Shown: positions 31,015-32,000 of the stretch, one piece after another
Layout: every line of letters starts with the position of its first letter
Numbering within the stretch: the stretch's first letter is position 1
Origin: Dickeya solani IPO 2222
GTDB lineage: Bacteria > Pseudomonadota > Gammaproteobacteria > Enterobacterales > Enterobacteriaceae
Direction of reading: 5' to 3'
Assembly (NCBI RefSeq): GCF_001644705.1
Contig: NZ_CP015137.1
Span: 810,001 to 842,000 of the forward strand
DNA length: 32,000 nucleotides
The notes under the pieces: model-generated
Databases searched by the model: none
What the model was told of the DNA's origin: nothing
Seen by the model: only the letters and a program-made list of their open reading frames with translations
Made by a program: the position numbers and the translations under genes

Positions 31015-32000
31015 TTACTGCTGAGCTTCACGCTCGCTGATAAACGCCAGCGCCCGATCGATGCGCGCCAGCGTACGCGACTGACCAATAGCATGCACCG
31101 TCACGTCAACGCCCGGAGACTGACCGGCGCCGGTTACCGCCACACGCAGCGGCATCCCCACTTTACCCATCCCCTGCTGCAACTCGTCAGCAGTACCCTG
31201 GATAGCATGGTGAATATTTTCCGGCGTCCAGTCGGTGATAGCGGCCAACTTGCTGCGCACCAGTTCCAGCGGCTGACGCGCCACCGGACGCAGGTGTTTC
31301 TTCGCCGCATCAGCGTCAAACTCGGCGAACTCTTCATAGAAGTAGCGGCAGGACTCGGCGATTTCTTTCAGAGTTTTGCAGCGTTCGCCCAGCAACGTCA
31401 CCAGCTCGCTCAACTGCGGGCCAGTACGGGTATCGATACCTGCTTGTTCGATATGCCAGGACAGATGGGTCGCCACATATTCCGGCGGCAGGTGATTAAT
31501 ATAGTGATGGTTCAGCCACTGCAGCTTCTCGGTATTGAACGCACTGGCGGATTTACTGACGGCATCCAGCGAGAACAGCTGTTTCATCTCATCGATAGAG
31601 AAGATTTCCTGATCGCCATGAGCCCACCCCAGGCGTACCAGATAGTTGAGCAACGCTTCCGGCAGATAGCCGTCATCACGATACTGCATCACCCCTACTG
31701 CGCCGTGACGCTTGGACAGTTTCTTACCGTCGTCGCCCAGGATCATGGAAACGTGCGCGTATTCCGGCACCGGCGCCTCCAGTGCTTTAAGAATATTGAT
31801 CTGCCGCGGCGTGTTGTTGATATGGTCTTCACCGCGAATAACGTGGGTGATGCCCATATCCCAGTCATCGATCACCACACAGAAGTTATAGGTCGGCGAA
31901 CCGTCGGTGCGGCGGATGATCAGGTCATCCAGTTCAAGGTTGCTGAATTCGATAGGGCCACGGATGCGATCATCAAAGATCACCGAACCGTCTTGCGGGT
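31015..32000 (-). CDS. gltX: Glutamyl-tRNA synthetase, C-terminal ~328 codons; the 5' end runs off the right edge of the window
   Basis: ...[39 protein letters not shown]...LSKRHGA (KMSKS-type loop) is collinear with E. coli GltX. The frame stays open to position 32000, so the Met at 31983 used by the track is internal. Confidence 0.96.
   Translation of the reverse strand, partial: PQDGSVIFDDRIRGPIEFSNLELDDLIIRRTDGSPTYNFCVVIDDWDMGITHVIRGEDHINNTPRQINILKALEAPVPEYAHVSMILGDDGKKLSKRHGAVGVMQYRDDGYLPEALLNYLVRLGWAHGDQEIFSIDEMKQLFSLDAVSKSASAFNTEKLQWLNHHYINHLPPEYVATHLSWHIEQAGIDTRTGPQLSELVTLLGERCKTLKEIAESCRYFYEEFAEFDADAAKKHLRPVARQPLELVRSKLAAITDWTPENIHHAIQGTADELQQGMGKVGMPLRVAVTGAGQSPGVDVTVHAIGQSRTLARIDRALAFISEREAQQ

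Overview
This is a chromosomal segment from an Enterobacterales genome. GC content and protein similarity suggest Pectobacteriaceae (Dickeya or Pectobacterium-like), but the taxon cannot be proven from the sequence alone. Most of the window is conserved housekeeping backbone in the order seen in E. coli: purL (partial), mltF, tadA, pgpC/yfhB, then yfhL, acpS, pdxJ, recO, era, rnc, lepB, lepA, rseC, rseB, rseA, rpoE, nadB, trmN6/yfiC, srmB, grcA, ung, two tRNA-Ala(GGC) genes and gltX (partial). The backbone is interrupted between pgpC and yfhL (about 6.1-14.6 kb) by an accessory block. That block holds murQ, a small conserved hypothetical gene, a 670-bp stretch with no ORF but normal GC, and an LssB/LapB-type type I secretion ABC transporter. 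The transporter is translationally coupled to an unusually short (280 aa) HlyD-family adaptor that lacks the alpha-helical hairpin. The block ends with a TM-PAS-GAF-GGDEF cyclase carrying a non-canonical SGDEF active site and a YhjH/PdeH-type EAL phosphodiesterase behind a near-consensus sigma-28 promoter. No secretion substrate, outer-membrane factor or LapD/LapG-type gene is visible in the window. The block therefore looks like either a decayed adhesin/T1SS/c-di-GMP locus or an atypical minimal secretion module. Other points worth a second look are a 17/18/17-bp tandem triplication at the rseB stop/rseC start junction that creates a 12-codon coupling mini-ORF, a 17-bp tandem duplication just upstream of ung, and short direct repeats between yfhL and acpS. 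I found no CRISPR array, IS element, transposase, integrase or prophage gene. The ORF track omits purL and truncates gltX because both run off the window edges. Many long ORFs in the track are antisense shadows of real genes.
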